From Candidatus Obscuribacteraceae bacterium (GTDB lineage Bacteria > Cyanobacteriota > Vampirovibrionia > Obscuribacterales > Obscuribacteraceae), in the NCBI GenBank assembly GCA_044226015.1, contig JBGAHS010000007.1, positions 288,001 to 352,000 on the forward strand: DNA of 64,000 bases, read 5' to 3'. The notes under the pieces were generated by a model. The model worked only from the letters and a program-made list of their open reading frames with translations, had not been told where the DNA came from and did not search any database. This document shows positions 40,401 through 49,593 of the stretch, one piece after another (position 1 is the stretch's first letter; each line of letters starts with the position of its first letter). A program made the position numbers and the translations under genes.

Positions 40401-41377
40401 TTCTTCTCAGGCTGAGCAGGCTGATCTTTCTTCTCAGGCTGAGCAGGCTGATCTTTCTTCTCGGGTTCGATGGCGTCGTCTTTTTTCGGCTTGTTATCTG
40501 CGGACTTAGCCCGTTCATCCTTTGTTTCTTCATCCCATTTTCGAACTCTGTCAGCTACATTTTGAATGTAGCGAGATTCTTTGTTTGCGCCGTCACCGTT
40601 CGGTGCGTAGTAACAAATTTCCTGATTTAAGCTTTTGACACCGAGTCCGCCATTCTCTCTATCTTTCCCGTATACATCACGCATGTGGTAGGACCATGCA
40701 AGAATGCCATCTTTCCAGTTGTCGAACTTTCTGAAAATGTTCTTTTGTTGACCTGAATTTGCCTTTTCGTTTGCCATCGCATCATGGTCTTTCATGTTTC
40801 CGATGCTATGGTTTTGTGGACCGTGTCCTGCTTTTCCGAGACTAGACTCTTCATAAAAATGAGCCAGCGCGTATGCAGCATTCACCCCAGTTTCTTTTGC
40901 GGCATCCATGAAATCTTTTGCCATGCTGACTGGTAGCTGTCTGTTTGCAGGTCTATCGCCTTGCGAATTTGCCCAGTTGATGAGCTTCTCTATTCTTGCC
41001 TGAGTGATGGTAGATTCTCCGAACATATGTGGCACGTTTTTGCCAAAAACATATCCGCTGTCTTTCTGTGCATCACATTTTGGTCGAGCATAATCCGCAC
41101 CGCGGATAGTGGCAAGGAGGTCTGGGCGTGAATCATTCTTCCCTCCCCGACCAGAATTATCTTCCAGAGTGAGCTTGCCCACTTTATTGTCAGTTGCTAG
41201 TTGTGAACTTTCTCGCGCACTGTTGTCTGCACGGTTTCTTCCCAGGTCTGCTCCTGTCTGCGACTTTGTGTCGTCAAGCAGCCGCCGAGAGGAGTTTTCA
41301 ACGTTTCCAGGCTCTGATGCTTCGTGTTTCTTTTCTGTGCGCTCAGCTTTGTTCGTGCTAGGTGTATCACCTGACAT
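37451..41377 (-). CDS. large multi-domain peptidoglycan hydrolase: glucosaminidase/lysozyme-like domain, repeat linkers and C-terminal Amidase_3-like domain
   Basis: DAAKETGVNAAYALAHFYEESSLG...FRKFDNWKDGI; LEGKRIAINGGH...REYDFN...ADVIISNHMD...ILNE; RBS GGAGG. Confidence 0.8.
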   Translation of the reverse strand: MSGDTPSTNKAERTEKKHEASEPGNVENSSRRLLDDTKSQTGADLGRNRADNSARESSQLATDNKVGKLTLEDNSGRGGKNDSRPDLLATIRGADYARPKCDAQKDSGYVFGKNVPHMFGESTITQARIEKLINWANSQGDRPANRQLPVSMAKDFMDAAKETGVNAAYALAHFYEESSLGKAGHGPQNHSIGNMKDHDAMANEKANSGQQKNIFRKFDNWKDGILAWSYHMRDVYGKDRENGGLGVKSLNQEICYYAPNGDGANKESRYIQNVADRVRKWDEETKDERAKSADNKPKKDDAIEPEKKDQPAQPEKKDQPAQPEKKEQPAQPEKKDQPAQPEQKEQPAQPEKKDQPAQPEQKEQPAQPVQPEKPSDGTFKMSEKLLENSRPEKGDGYYQTLSNMSSELMGRELNHNEIRGLVAGARALRKEQGRPINTLSKDDILAPRNEKELKTFVDNIGNRRFGSHLSKAQTEKLKEEFNTKFKAAITPEPRQPEPKVDTKPIDNSQNNRPKDAPREASPDVKPAPVDGFKPGDDPYAFTGEKVPPKGEAQNQEQKKDPAPEAPNQEQKKDPAPEAPNQEQKKDPTPEAPNQEQKKDPTPEAPNQEQKKDPTPEAPNQEQKKDPTPEAPNQEQKKDPTPEAPNQEQKKDPTPEAPNQEQKKELPEPQSNPDEDQEMPKLQPGSLDQNVNIIRLAEDAKKYGARYINGARVLNNTEVKAPAGLAKDTPVAVVPGMTPGTMGVLVGRDNDGNIKGVPFVAGQLPNGKITKEDIGLNPAAAAALGIEPNKGNFRLDAIALNDKTKSKDLPSFKQEVEDKIKSIASQKDVLERANEVREGREIKDKAYIPKPDDNFGYRRTERSEAELGKIKQNLTQDAAKYFDLAQRVKPSADGTRSSDAQAIIDKTLKDATAEKKSIEQEKQQLQRIESLLRKGTPATDIPERLLKGLPADISRDLNLARYNRNAYKLNSDAINDFSYNPFGTQTEKLTENVKTAERYYKMQEARALERAQLHTRLSDEKANLQQRIIDDASHPMAQQLLQHRFASKAAAAAVMAANPDLASGGTGRGALEGKRIAINGGHDPFHGSRTPGFSAPDWSKTEQNKNGMREYDFNKQSSAILASMVEYAGGVPIHVNQDELYRTNPSAQGMVGLAHALKDTKADVIISNHMDDYNGPMSTGTLTLVSSQSHKLGALVNSGKGEVAGIHAKPLREQGSGVQNVVRQGNMILNELLTTKAGDQQKALDPYEVGKVQLGLLVGMERYLHPRTNAQLAREKQRDQKNSSSWEELWRKNAPQQNFYSIPYPARYK
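39388..39728 (-). repeat. 39-bp coding tandem repeat x9 (PEAPNQEQKKDPT)
   Basis: TTCTGCTCCTGGTTT every 39 bp from 39393 to 39705. Confidence 0.97.
40274..40468 (-). repeat. 27-bp coding tandem repeat x7 (QPEKKDQPA)
   Basis: Seven near-identical units in DNA and translation. Confidence 0.95.
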
Positions 41378-41796
41378 AAATTAGGTCCCTCCGGAAATGC
41401 AGAGGAATACTTCAGATCGTGGTCGCGCTGAAATGCAGAGAGCTTTTGAGCTCTCACATTTGTCTGGACGGCTCTAAAAAATCGTCTAGACAGCTGACTG
41501 CTCAAAAGAGTGCATAAGGGGGGCTCACTCTGCAAAGCAATCGCTTTTCATGTAGTAATTTCTTTCGCGTGTTGCTGAGGATTCGGTGTCTCCTCAGATC
41601 CAATTACGCGACAAATAAAGTTTTCAGCTGACTGAAATCTGGCAGTCTCCTCTTGTTCGTTTTATTAATCAGAAAGGACCTCTGCCTATAGATCAATTCT
41701 GAATCCCGATCCATCACACAAACAATCCCAAGATATGACGGTAGGAGGACGATACATTTAATTTGTGAAACTTATGTGGAAAATACGATGTGCAAA

Positions 41797-42219
41797 TTAC
41801 TTGTCCATTCTGCGCAATTTGATGCTCGCATTATCGTGACATTCGTTGGAGGAATACTTTCCTATTAATTGCATACCGTCTTGCATCAAACTCAGCTCGT
41901 AGTCTTCGATTTTGCAAAATCTCCAATCGGAGTTTGGATGGTATGAAATGATATCTACATCCTTTAAGTGGCAGATTTTTGTCTGGGGATCGTAAGTCCC
42001 TTCAAGAACACGTTTGCAATTTCCACTGGAATCCGAAATCCAGACAAATGTGCCCTTAACTTTTGTGCCGCTCTGTTTGAGTTCGAAAATCGCTCCAACA
42101 TGCGGATCGTTGCCTGCTACGTTTCCTACCCATTTGCCAGTAAGTCCGTTTTGGGCCGCTATTGTTGACGTTGCTATCATCGAAAGAGCCAAAGCAAGCG
42201 GTAAGCTGAGCTTATGCAT
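41797..42219 (-). CDS. secreted small beta-rich hypothetical protein
   Basis: Signal peptide; LTGKWVG...FELKQSGTKVKGTF; 4 Cys. Confidence 0.7.
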   Translation of the reverse strand: MHKLSLPLALALSMIATSTIAAQNGLTGKWVGNVAGNDPHVGAIFELKQSGTKVKGTFVWISDSSGNCKRVLEGTYDPQTKICHLKDVDIISYHPNSDWRFCKIEDYELSLMQDGMQLIGKYSSNECHDNASIKLRRMDK

Positions 42220-42349
42220 AATGCGCTACTCCAAGGATTTCAAGCTGATCTTATCTCATTCGCTCAGACAGTGCAAATTTTGATTGAGTCGGTATGCTCA
42301 GTATCAATTCGGGTGTTATAGTTTCTCTCTGACGAAAAGAGAGCTATTC

Positions 42350-42922
42350 ATGAAAACCGCCATTATTGTTCACGGAGCGCCCAGCAGAGAAGAATATTAT
42401 GATGCGAATGTACCTTCGGCTAGCAACCACCACTGGCTTCCGTGGCTACAGCGTCATTTGCAGGTAAATGGATACGCTGCACACACACCGGAAATTCCAG
42501 ATTGTTGGGATCCTCAATACAATGTATGGCGAAGAGAATTTGAACGTTTCGACATCAATAATCAAACACTTCTTGTAGGACATAGCTGTGGCGGAGGATT
42601 TTTAGTTCGCTGGCTAAGCGAGAACCCCGGCACGATAGTGAATAAAGTTGTTCTTGTCGCTCCATGGCTGGACCCCTGGCGTGTACGCACCAGTGATTTT
42701 TTCAACTTTGAGATTGCAACTGATCTGGTTACTCGAACTCGCCATGGCATTGTTATTTTTAATTCTGATACTGATATTCCAGACGTCAAAGAGAGTGCGT
42801 ACAAACTTCGCGACACGATAACAAATTGTGAGTTCAGAGAGTTCCACAATTATGGACATTTTTGTTTGGAAGATCTGCATGGACAGGCATTTCCTGAACT
42901 GCTGCATACACTATTGAATTAG
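42350..42922 (+). CDS. RBBP9/YdeN-family alpha/beta hydrolase
   Basis: IIVHG, HWLPWL, VGHSCGGG, LVAP, GHF. Confidence 0.9.
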   Translation: MKTAIIVHGAPSREEYYDANVPSASNHHWLPWLQRHLQVNGYAAHTPEIPDCWDPQYNVWRREFERFDINNQTLLVGHSCGGGFLVRWLSENPGTIVNKVVLVAPWLDPWRVRTSDFFNFEIATDLVTRTRHGIVIFNSDTDIPDVKESAYKLRDTITNCEFREFHNYGHFCLEDLHGQAFPELLHTLLN

Positions 42923-42993
42923 CTATTCCTTTTGTCAGGTTCTTCTATTGGTTCGTTAGTCGCGGTATAGATTTCTTTCGCGTCTCGCTAATA

Positions 42994-44556
42994 TCAGAGC
43001 TGCTCGATCTTTGTGTAGTGCTCTCTGTCAAACCGAAACTCAAGGGATGGAGCCAGAAAGCAGAGGGCTTCTGCATCACCAACAATGCTTTCTATTGTGC
43101 TGGAACTCACTTCTCCATCCAGTAATTTGCATTTATCTAGTGGTATGTCTAACCGAATTTCCTGAAAGCAAATGCGGTTAAGGAAAGGTTGGCTTGAGAT
43201 AGCTCTTTCTTGAGGTACGCAGTAAGAAAGAACGTCGGCGAAGTCGTTGAAGCATTCAGTCCATGGTGCTGCTAACTTAAGGTTTTGATTGTCGGCAACT
43301 TTCAAGCGAGCTGAAAGTTGTGGTGCTGTTCCGCCATCGGGTCCAAACGAAATGTCGAGCTCATCTCCGCTTAAAGTTCTGGTTTTCACTGAAGCAACTT
43401 GCATCGGCATTCCTTCACTAAAGGTACGGGCACACAAGGACATGATGAGGTTGTCGGTCGCATTGCTGAGAAAGTAAATTCCTTTGAGTCCTGAGCTGCG
43501 GTCTACGACATGAATTCGCCAATTAGAAACCAGCCCGCTTAGTTTGAGTTGCTTTCTCAGAAATGGAGGATTCTGTGGTCCAAAGTTCGAGTGAATAAAA
43601 GTAAGCACGCTGAAAACACCATACTCTTTTGAGCCTCTTCCAAGCTTCTGCAGTTCTAATCCCTCTGGAACTAAAGGCAGTAGCCGTTCAGCGGGAACAA
43701 GGTAATTTATGTAGACCACCTCACTTATATCACTTGCTAGTGGCACAGGTGGTATCAATTCGAAGATTCGTCGTGCAATAAGATTGTCACCGACTATTTG
43801 CAGAAGACCTTTCAATTGTGTTGAATTTGGCAACGACCAAGCCGCGTATCGCCCCCATGAGCTTCTTGTTCGTTGAGCTTTGATTAGATAATCAACTACC
43901 CAGCCAAACCACAGTATCAATAATGGAAAGAATATTGCGTTTGCTGTTGCAAGAACTAAGAATGGTATGACGATTTTAGATGATGCAACAAACAAAACTG
44001 AGCACAGGAAGGACAAAATCCAGATGGACCAGGAAAAAGAGAAGAATGCTCTGCTTACTTTCACGACATACTTGAGAGAAATTGTCCAAAAAATGGCAAG
44101 CACCGAATATAGCATTGCAGCCCAGCCGCAAATGTCCATGTAAATTGGAGCCTCGAATTGCAAATACTTATTCAGGTCGCCGCTTTCTAGCGACGATTTT
44201 GCAATTGCTGAACCATCACGAACCCAGCGGAACTGCCCCGTCTGATCTGGAATTATTGAAATAACTGTGATTGCTAGAACTAAAATTCTGAGGTAAAGAG
44301 GGATTTTTTTTGCAGATAGAAATGCCATCGCGATAAAGAAATCAGACAGTGCGGATAACTGCCAGGGTAACCAACCTGCTTGCCATAAAGCAGAATTCTC
44401 TGCGATGTATTTTATTCTTGTAGGGTCGGGAATTAGTCCACCAGGCATGCCTGGCATCAATAGTAGTGCCATGGAAAACAAGCCGACAGCATGTGTAATG
44501 AGGGCAAACCAAAACGTGAGTTCGAGTAATTTTATTGAATCACGGGGTATCTTCAT
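42994..44556 (-). CDS. membrane domain fused to a DUF2071/YqjF-like (acetoacetate decarboxylase-like fold) domain
   Basis: About 6 N-terminal TM; VVYINYLVPAERLLPLVPEGLE...NWRIHV...GIYFLS; overlaps the upstream gene by 17 bp. Confidence 0.7.
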   Translation of the reverse strand: MKIPRDSIKLLELTFWFALITHAVGLFSMALLLMPGMPGGLIPDPTRIKYIAENSALWQAGWLPWQLSALSDFFIAMAFLSAKKIPLYLRILVLAITVISIIPDQTGQFRWVRDGSAIAKSSLESGDLNKYLQFEAPIYMDICGWAAMLYSVLAIFWTISLKYVVKVSRAFFSFSWSIWILSFLCSVLFVASSKIVIPFLVLATANAIFFPLLILWFGWVVDYLIKAQRTRSSWGRYAAWSLPNSTQLKGLLQIVGDNLIARRIFELIPPVPLASDISEVVYINYLVPAERLLPLVPEGLELQKLGRGSKEYGVFSVLTFIHSNFGPQNPPFLRKQLKLSGLVSNWRIHVVDRSSGLKGIYFLSNATDNLIMSLCARTFSEGMPMQVASVKTRTLSGDELDISFGPDGGTAPQLSARLKVADNQNLKLAAPWTECFNDFADVLSYCVPQERAISSQPFLNRICFQEIRLDIPLDKCKLLDGEVSSSTIESIVGDAEALCFLAPSLEFRFDREHYTKIEQL

Positions 44557-46108
44557 TTTGTTCGCTGCTGGTTAAAGGATTGCTCCTCTTAATTCTGCCA
44601 TCAACTTTAGGAGCTATTACACCCTGGCTCAATGCTTCAAGCAAAATCACGGATTCCGATCTTCCTTCTTCTGGTTTTGTTAGGTACTTGTGCCCTTTTA
44701 GCATGAGGTAGCCGTCACCACCTGAGGTCACGTAATCATTACCAGCTAATGTATAAGTCTTCTCCATTTCAATCGGTGAACCATTGATCATAATCGACCC
44801 TACTCTTGAGCCCGGCGCTTTTGTAGTATCATAAGCAAACGTTATTCCAGAAACCTGTGGAAACCTGCCATCTGCTTCGGCTGCGCGACTTACTCCATGT
44901 TCCAGCGCTGCTTTAATTGTGGAACCTTTCACCTCAATTTTTACGATTGGATTTTCGAATGGAAGAATTGCCAGAGCATCACGGCGTCTAATCTCGCCTA
45001 CGGGATAAACTTGATTTGAACGCACGCTTCCACCGTTTACAATAGCTACGTCTGCGCCGGTCGCTTTTCTAAATGCATCCGCTATGAAATCGCCTAGATT
45101 AGTCTCGCGGCGCTCATTGTTCGCCTGAACAGCGTCCAAATCTACACTAGTTTCTCCTGCATGCTTGTCCAATTCTTGGGCAAGTTTATCATCATAGGAG
45201 TGTATTGCTTTTATCATTTCGGCATCATCTCTGAGTTCTGACGTTACAGGCATGATTTCCCATGTAATATCATCAATCTTCTTGTTCTTACTGGAATAAT
45301 CAATTTCTATTTTTCCTAGAAAACGTGCGTCGGAACCCATTTTCAGAATTGGTGCATGCCCTGCGTATGCGTTGATCAGATAATGTTCGTGTCCACCTAG
45401 AATCAAATCGATAGGTACAGCTTTTGCTAGTTCTTTATCTTGCGAAATGGTCAAGTGTGTTACAGCAACTATGACTTCAGCTCCATCTGCTTTCATTTTA
45501 GGAATGATCTTTTTTGCTGTTTCAATCGGGTCGAGAATTTGAACTCGGGGTCCTGGCCTTGATTGTTTTTCCGTGTCTGGCGTCAGGAAACCGACAATTC
45601 CTACTTTGACTCCATCGATGTCGCGAATTGCATAAGGCTTTGCGTTTCCAAAATACTCACCGGTGTCTTTGTCTTTTACGTTTGCGCAGATCCAGCTGAA
45701 TTTTGAATCTTTCATTCGTTCAAGAAATTCAAACGGGCCAAAATCAAATTCGTGATTTCCAAAAGTCGCGTAGTCGAGATTAAGAGCGTTCCAGGCAGCA
45801 ATCATTTGTTGCCCTTTAAAGAGTTGTGACGCTACCGATGGTGACAGCGTATCTCCCGCAAGTACGAAAATGGCATCGGGAACGGCTGCCATAATATGTT
45901 TTTTTAGTGTTGCTACACGCGCTAAACCACCGTGTGCGTTGCGGTCGACTGGCGAGGTCTGGTAGACATCATTTAATTGCAGGAAGGTGATTTTGACCTT
46001 GTCTGCCCCCTCTTTCATTGCCGAAACCGGAGTCACTGGGAAAGACAGAAAAAGGCTTATTGCTGAACATGACAATAGCGCCTTTAGTATTCGATAGTTT
46101 CGCATCAT
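44540..46108 (-). CDS. secreted 5'-nucleotidase / bifunctional metallophosphatase
   Basis: QLNDVY, AGD, FGNHEFD, VTH, GGHEH; C-terminal ETNLGD, NGGSVR, LPFEN, GGDGY. Confidence 0.93.
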   Translation of the reverse strand: MMRNYRILKALLSCSAISLFLSFPVTPVSAMKEGADKVKITFLQLNDVYQTSPVDRNAHGGLARVATLKKHIMAAVPDAIFVLAGDTLSPSVASQLFKGQQMIAAWNALNLDYATFGNHEFDFGPFEFLERMKDSKFSWICANVKDKDTGEYFGNAKPYAIRDIDGVKVGIVGFLTPDTEKQSRPGPRVQILDPIETAKKIIPKMKADGAEVIVAVTHLTISQDKELAKAVPIDLILGGHEHYLINAYAGHAPILKMGSDARFLGKIEIDYSSKNKKIDDITWEIMPVTSELRDDAEMIKAIHSYDDKLAQELDKHAGETSVDLDAVQANNERRETNLGDFIADAFRKATGADVAIVNGGSVRSNQVYPVGEIRRRDALAILPFENPIVKIEVKGSTIKAALEHGVSRAAEADGRFPQVSGITFAYDTTKAPGSRVGSIMINGSPIEMEKTYTLAGNDYVTSGGDGYLMLKGHKYLTKPEEGRSESVILLEALSQGVIAPKVDGRIKRSNPLTSSEQNEDTP

Positions 46109-46208
46109 TGAGTCACCAGGTAATTACGCGCCTTAGCATAGGATCAAGTCACGTTAAGTTCAAGAATGATTCTTCAGAACATTCGCACTTGAAATCGAAT
46201 TGGCATGT

Positions 46209-47141
46209 TCAGGCACGAACGACGCCTTTTTGTTTCATGCTATTCAAGACTTCACAAGGTTTGATTTGGGCCATGCAATTGTCACTTGTTGGAAGGGGGC
46301 ATTCTTTGCGGTCGTATTTTATCTCAACGCTCAGTTTGGAAGCCGCCATAAAGCCCGGTTTCAATGTTGCATCACGATTGCAGCTCGAGGGACAATCAAT
46401 GGCTTCGAAATTGACACAATGAGAAGCTGATCTGTGGTGGAAGTTTGAAGGATGAACTAGCGCGAACGTTTTAACACCTTGTTGTACAGCCAGGTGCATA
46501 AGTCCCGTGTCTACCGACACTACAGCCTTGCAAGCTGAGATTGCATCAACAGCTTCAGCAACGTTGTTGGTCTCATGCCAGTGCATATTTTCGTCAATCA
46601 GTCGTGCCACCGCGGGCGATTCTGAAGGCTTACCTAAAAGAAAACAATCTTGACCGGCATTCTCGAGTGTTTTCCACAGCCAGAGCCAGTATTCGTGCGG
46701 CCAGTGTTTGTAAAAACCGTCAGAACCAGGTACAAACGCGATTCTGTTTTGTAAACTTGCAACAGGCTTGTTCATGAGCGGTTTCAATGATTGATAATCT
46801 GCTATTGCATCAAAGTCCTTTGCAATTTTTGTTATTATTGACTCAATTCTGGTTTTACCGAAGAGTGCTTCGAACTCAGGTGAGCCCCAGCAGTAGTCGG
46901 TTTGAAGTGGATGATCGCGTAGGTTGATGTATCTATATTTCGCCTTTTTTTCTTTGGCGTTGAAATCTTGCTCGGAGATTTCCCCTGCAAGTTCTTCGAT
47001 ACGTTCTGCAAAGCCGTTTTGACGATGCGAACGAGTAACCAGGTAAACTTCTTGTCCCTGGTCTAGAAAAAACTGGACAACTGGCAAGGATATCAACACG
47101 TCGCCGAAGCCGGTGCCTATTGGGGCCACAAAGACTTGCAT
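46209..47141 (-). CDS. glycosyltransferase family 9 (heptosyltransferase-like)
   Basis: GFGDVLISLP; PGS...KHWP; VSVDTGLMHLA; C-terminal Cys cluster. Confidence 0.88.
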   Translation of the reverse strand: MQVFVAPIGTGFGDVLISLPVVQFFLDQGQEVYLVTRSHRQNGFAERIEELAGEISEQDFNAKEKKAKYRYINLRDHPLQTDYCWGSPEFEALFGKTRIESIITKIAKDFDAIADYQSLKPLMNKPVASLQNRIAFVPGSDGFYKHWPHEYWLWLWKTLENAGQDCFLLGKPSESPAVARLIDENMHWHETNNVAEAVDAISACKAVVSVDTGLMHLAVQQGVKTFALVHPSNFHHRSASHCVNFEAIDCPSSCNRDATLKPGFMAASKLSVEIKYDRKECPLPTSDNCMAQIKPCEVLNSMKQKGVVRA

Positions 47142-47152
47142 TAATTGTCTTT

Positions 47153-47815
47153 TTACAGAAGTGTAAGTAGATCGTCGTCTCTTACAACCGTTTCTGGCCC
47201 GACTGGTTTGTCGACTTCACCTGTTATCAACATTTGGAAATACCAGCTTGGTAGGTACATTTTGCTTGTCGCTAGAGAGATGAAGAGCGGTGCTATTTCT
47301 AGTTTTGGGAAAAGTCGGCGTAGGCGGAAAAACTCATTTTTCAATGAATCGATTTCATCGGTAATTGCATATCTAGACGCATTCACCGTCACGTAATCTT
47401 CGGCCCGATCTTTGTACCATCCCTGTTCAACAAGTGCGTTAATCATTGCTTGTTTGTTTTCAGCAACCTTCGTCATTCCGCAATCATTATGTCCTACTAG
47501 CGCAAGGTGCTTCACTCCCTTGGACATTGTGTAAGCCAGGCTAAACTCAGATCCATTCAATCTTCCGCTTGCCCGTCGCATAATGTACGCAAATTCAGAA
47601 GGGACTCTGGGTTGATATCGAAACTCGATACAAGTGGCAATTACCAATTCGGGAAATCCAGATGGCGTAATCTCAGCACCAAAGTTCTGCGAGAGAATTA
47701 GCGTTTCGACAGGTGTTCCCTGCCATCGCTCTGGGATGTCGGATGGTGCTTCGATTGGGGACAATCGACCTGCTAAACGTGGGTCGCGTGTAACTCTAAG
47801 ATTTTCTTTGCTCAT
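47153..47815 (-). CDS. beta-carbonic anhydrase-like protein
   Basis: CIEFR (CxDxR-like) and GHNDCGM (HxxC) zinc ligands. Confidence 0.8.
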   Translation of the reverse strand: MSKENLRVTRDPRLAGRLSPIEAPSDIPERWQGTPVETLILSQNFGAEITPSGFPELVIATCIEFRYQPRVPSEFAYIMRRASGRLNGSEFSLAYTMSKGVKHLALVGHNDCGMTKVAENKQAMINALVEQGWYKDRAEDYVTVNASRYAITDEIDSLKNEFFRLRRLFPKLEIAPLFISLATSKMYLPSWYFQMLITGEVDKPVGPETVVRDDDLLTLL

Positions 47816-48226
47816 TTTTCGCAGTCTTGAATTGGGAGTAAACGTGAAATTGGATGTTCATATATTCTATTGGGTGCAGCGCCATTTGATGGGGTTGATT
47901 CAGTGTGTTAAGTGATTATGTGTGATTTCTCAGGCTATCGGCAATGGTGACCATTCGACTCTGTTCGACGTGTCAAGTTTGAGCTAATCTTGCAAGCGGT
48001 ATCGCAGGCGGTGGCGTTTCTCTGGGTCCCAGATTTCCCTGGTTTAATGCTTACCTGTGGGGAATTTTTGCCTATTAGTGCTGAAAACTGCCGAAAGAAT
48101 TGATTTCTGTTATCTGGGTATAATCAATGAGGCGCAGAGAATCTGCTAGTTCAGAGTAGCTCAGTGGGTACCCCGAAAATCTTGGAGGGAGATCCTGAAA
48201 AGCCTTTAGTACCATGTTAAAGCCAG

Positions 48227-49330
48227 ATGAATAAAGCTCAGCCATCAGAAATTAGTGCTCAGGAACGGTTTATAATCGCGATTCGCGATTGCGCCTGTCG
48301 TCTTGCCGCAAGGCAGGAAAGAGAGAAGATTCTGAATGAAACCGCCTCTTGTTTCGCGGAGTTTAGTTCTGCCAGTGATGCTTTGATTATCGACATTTCT
48401 AGAGACAGTTTAGAGCTCTACCGCAGTTCGGAGAACGGTGAAGAGCCCGAGACAACCGTTGTTTTAGAAGAGTCAGTGGCGCCATTGCTTGATCTTCTGC
48501 GCGACCGATACCTTACCGAGCTCGGAATCAGGGTCTTTAATCTTCGCATTGTCGACCCACCTGACGGAATTCCCGACGATTTTATCGCCGAGGCGCTTGA
48601 GGAACTCGGTGTCAACCAGGGGTTCATTCTTCCGTTAACCGTTGCCAGGCACTATTTTGCGGAAAATGTTCAGGGCTTCCTCCTGCTCAAGAATGTGCCA
48701 AGTCACAAATTTGCTGACCCTGGGCACCTCGCGCTGCTGCGAATGGCTACGGATCTTTTGTCACTTACTGGTGATAACACTGAGCTAGGATATGCTCTGG
48801 CACGGCTGCGACCCACCGATCAGACTACAGGACTGGCAAGCAATCACAAACTGATGTCACAGTTGCTGGAAGAAGTCGAACGCGCCAAATATCTCAACAG
48901 GAGTTTCGCACTTGTTCTTGCGGACATAGACAATTTCAAGTCTTTCAACCTTCGACAGGGTTATCGATTTGGAGATCTTGTTGTAAAAACTGTCGCTGAT
49001 GACCTTTTGCTAGAGTCTCGCCCGATCGACATGGTGTCTCGTTGGGGATCAGAAGAATATCTAGTCTTGCTGCCTGAAGTGGGTCCCGCCGAAGCGATGG
49101 ATTTCGCCGAACGCTGTCGTAAAAGAGTGGCTGAACATCCCATTACTCCCAATGATTATTTAGAAGAGATATTCGTCTCGTTGAGCTTCGGGATTTCTTT
49201 GTTTCCTGAGCACGGAAACAGCGCTGAGCATCTACTGCGAAACGTTGAATTGGCTTTGCTCCAATCGAAACTGAGCGGACGAAATCGAAGCACAGTTTGG
49301 TCTGAAGAATTCCTGTTGGCGGACGTTTAA
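48227..49330 (+). CDS. GAF-like + GGDEF-domain protein (variant active site GSEEY)
   Basis: TDQTTGL, DIDNFKSFN, GD, RPIDMVSRWGSEEY, SFGIS, GRN. Confidence 0.88.
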   Translation: MNKAQPSEISAQERFIIAIRDCACRLAARQEREKILNETASCFAEFSSASDALIIDISRDSLELYRSSENGEEPETTVVLEESVAPLLDLLRDRYLTELGIRVFNLRIVDPPDGIPDDFIAEALEELGVNQGFILPLTVARHYFAENVQGFLLLKNVPSHKFADPGHLALLRMATDLLSLTGDNTELGYALARLRPTDQTTGLASNHKLMSQLLEEVERAKYLNRSFALVLADIDNFKSFNLRQGYRFGDLVVKTVADDLLLESRPIDMVSRWGSEEYLVLLPEVGPAEAMDFAERCRKRVAEHPITPNDYLEEIFVSLSFGISLFPEHGNSAEHLLRNVELALLQSKLSGRNRSTVWSEEFLLADV

Positions 49331-49593
49331 CGGCAGAGTTGTTGTTGCTTTTTTTTGTGTGGACCGTTAATCTCCTGTTTTGTCTTCTCTTCTTTATCCT
49401 CTCGTTTTGTCCTCGCGTTTTATCCTCTCGTTTCATTTTTCATTTTTTGTTTGGGATTGCTTCCGCGTTGGTAGGTCCTGTCTTCCTCTTCGCTGATTCT
49501 GGAATTCCACCTGGCTTCTGGAAAGCTACACTTTGCGGCCGATAAGACGCTCTGCTCATGATCTCTTGTGGTCATGGCTGGGGATTCTCTTTG

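Noticed and set aside
39319..40630. Alternative-frame repeat ORFs (39319-39792, 39373-39756, 40165-40533, 40255-40509, 40268-40630)
   Set aside because: Shadows of the in-frame 39-bp and 27-bp repeats of the 1308-aa gene
49339..49545. Hydrophobic 68-aa ORF and the opposite-strand basic ORF
   Set aside because: T-rich low-complexity intergenic sequence, no convincing RBS or domain
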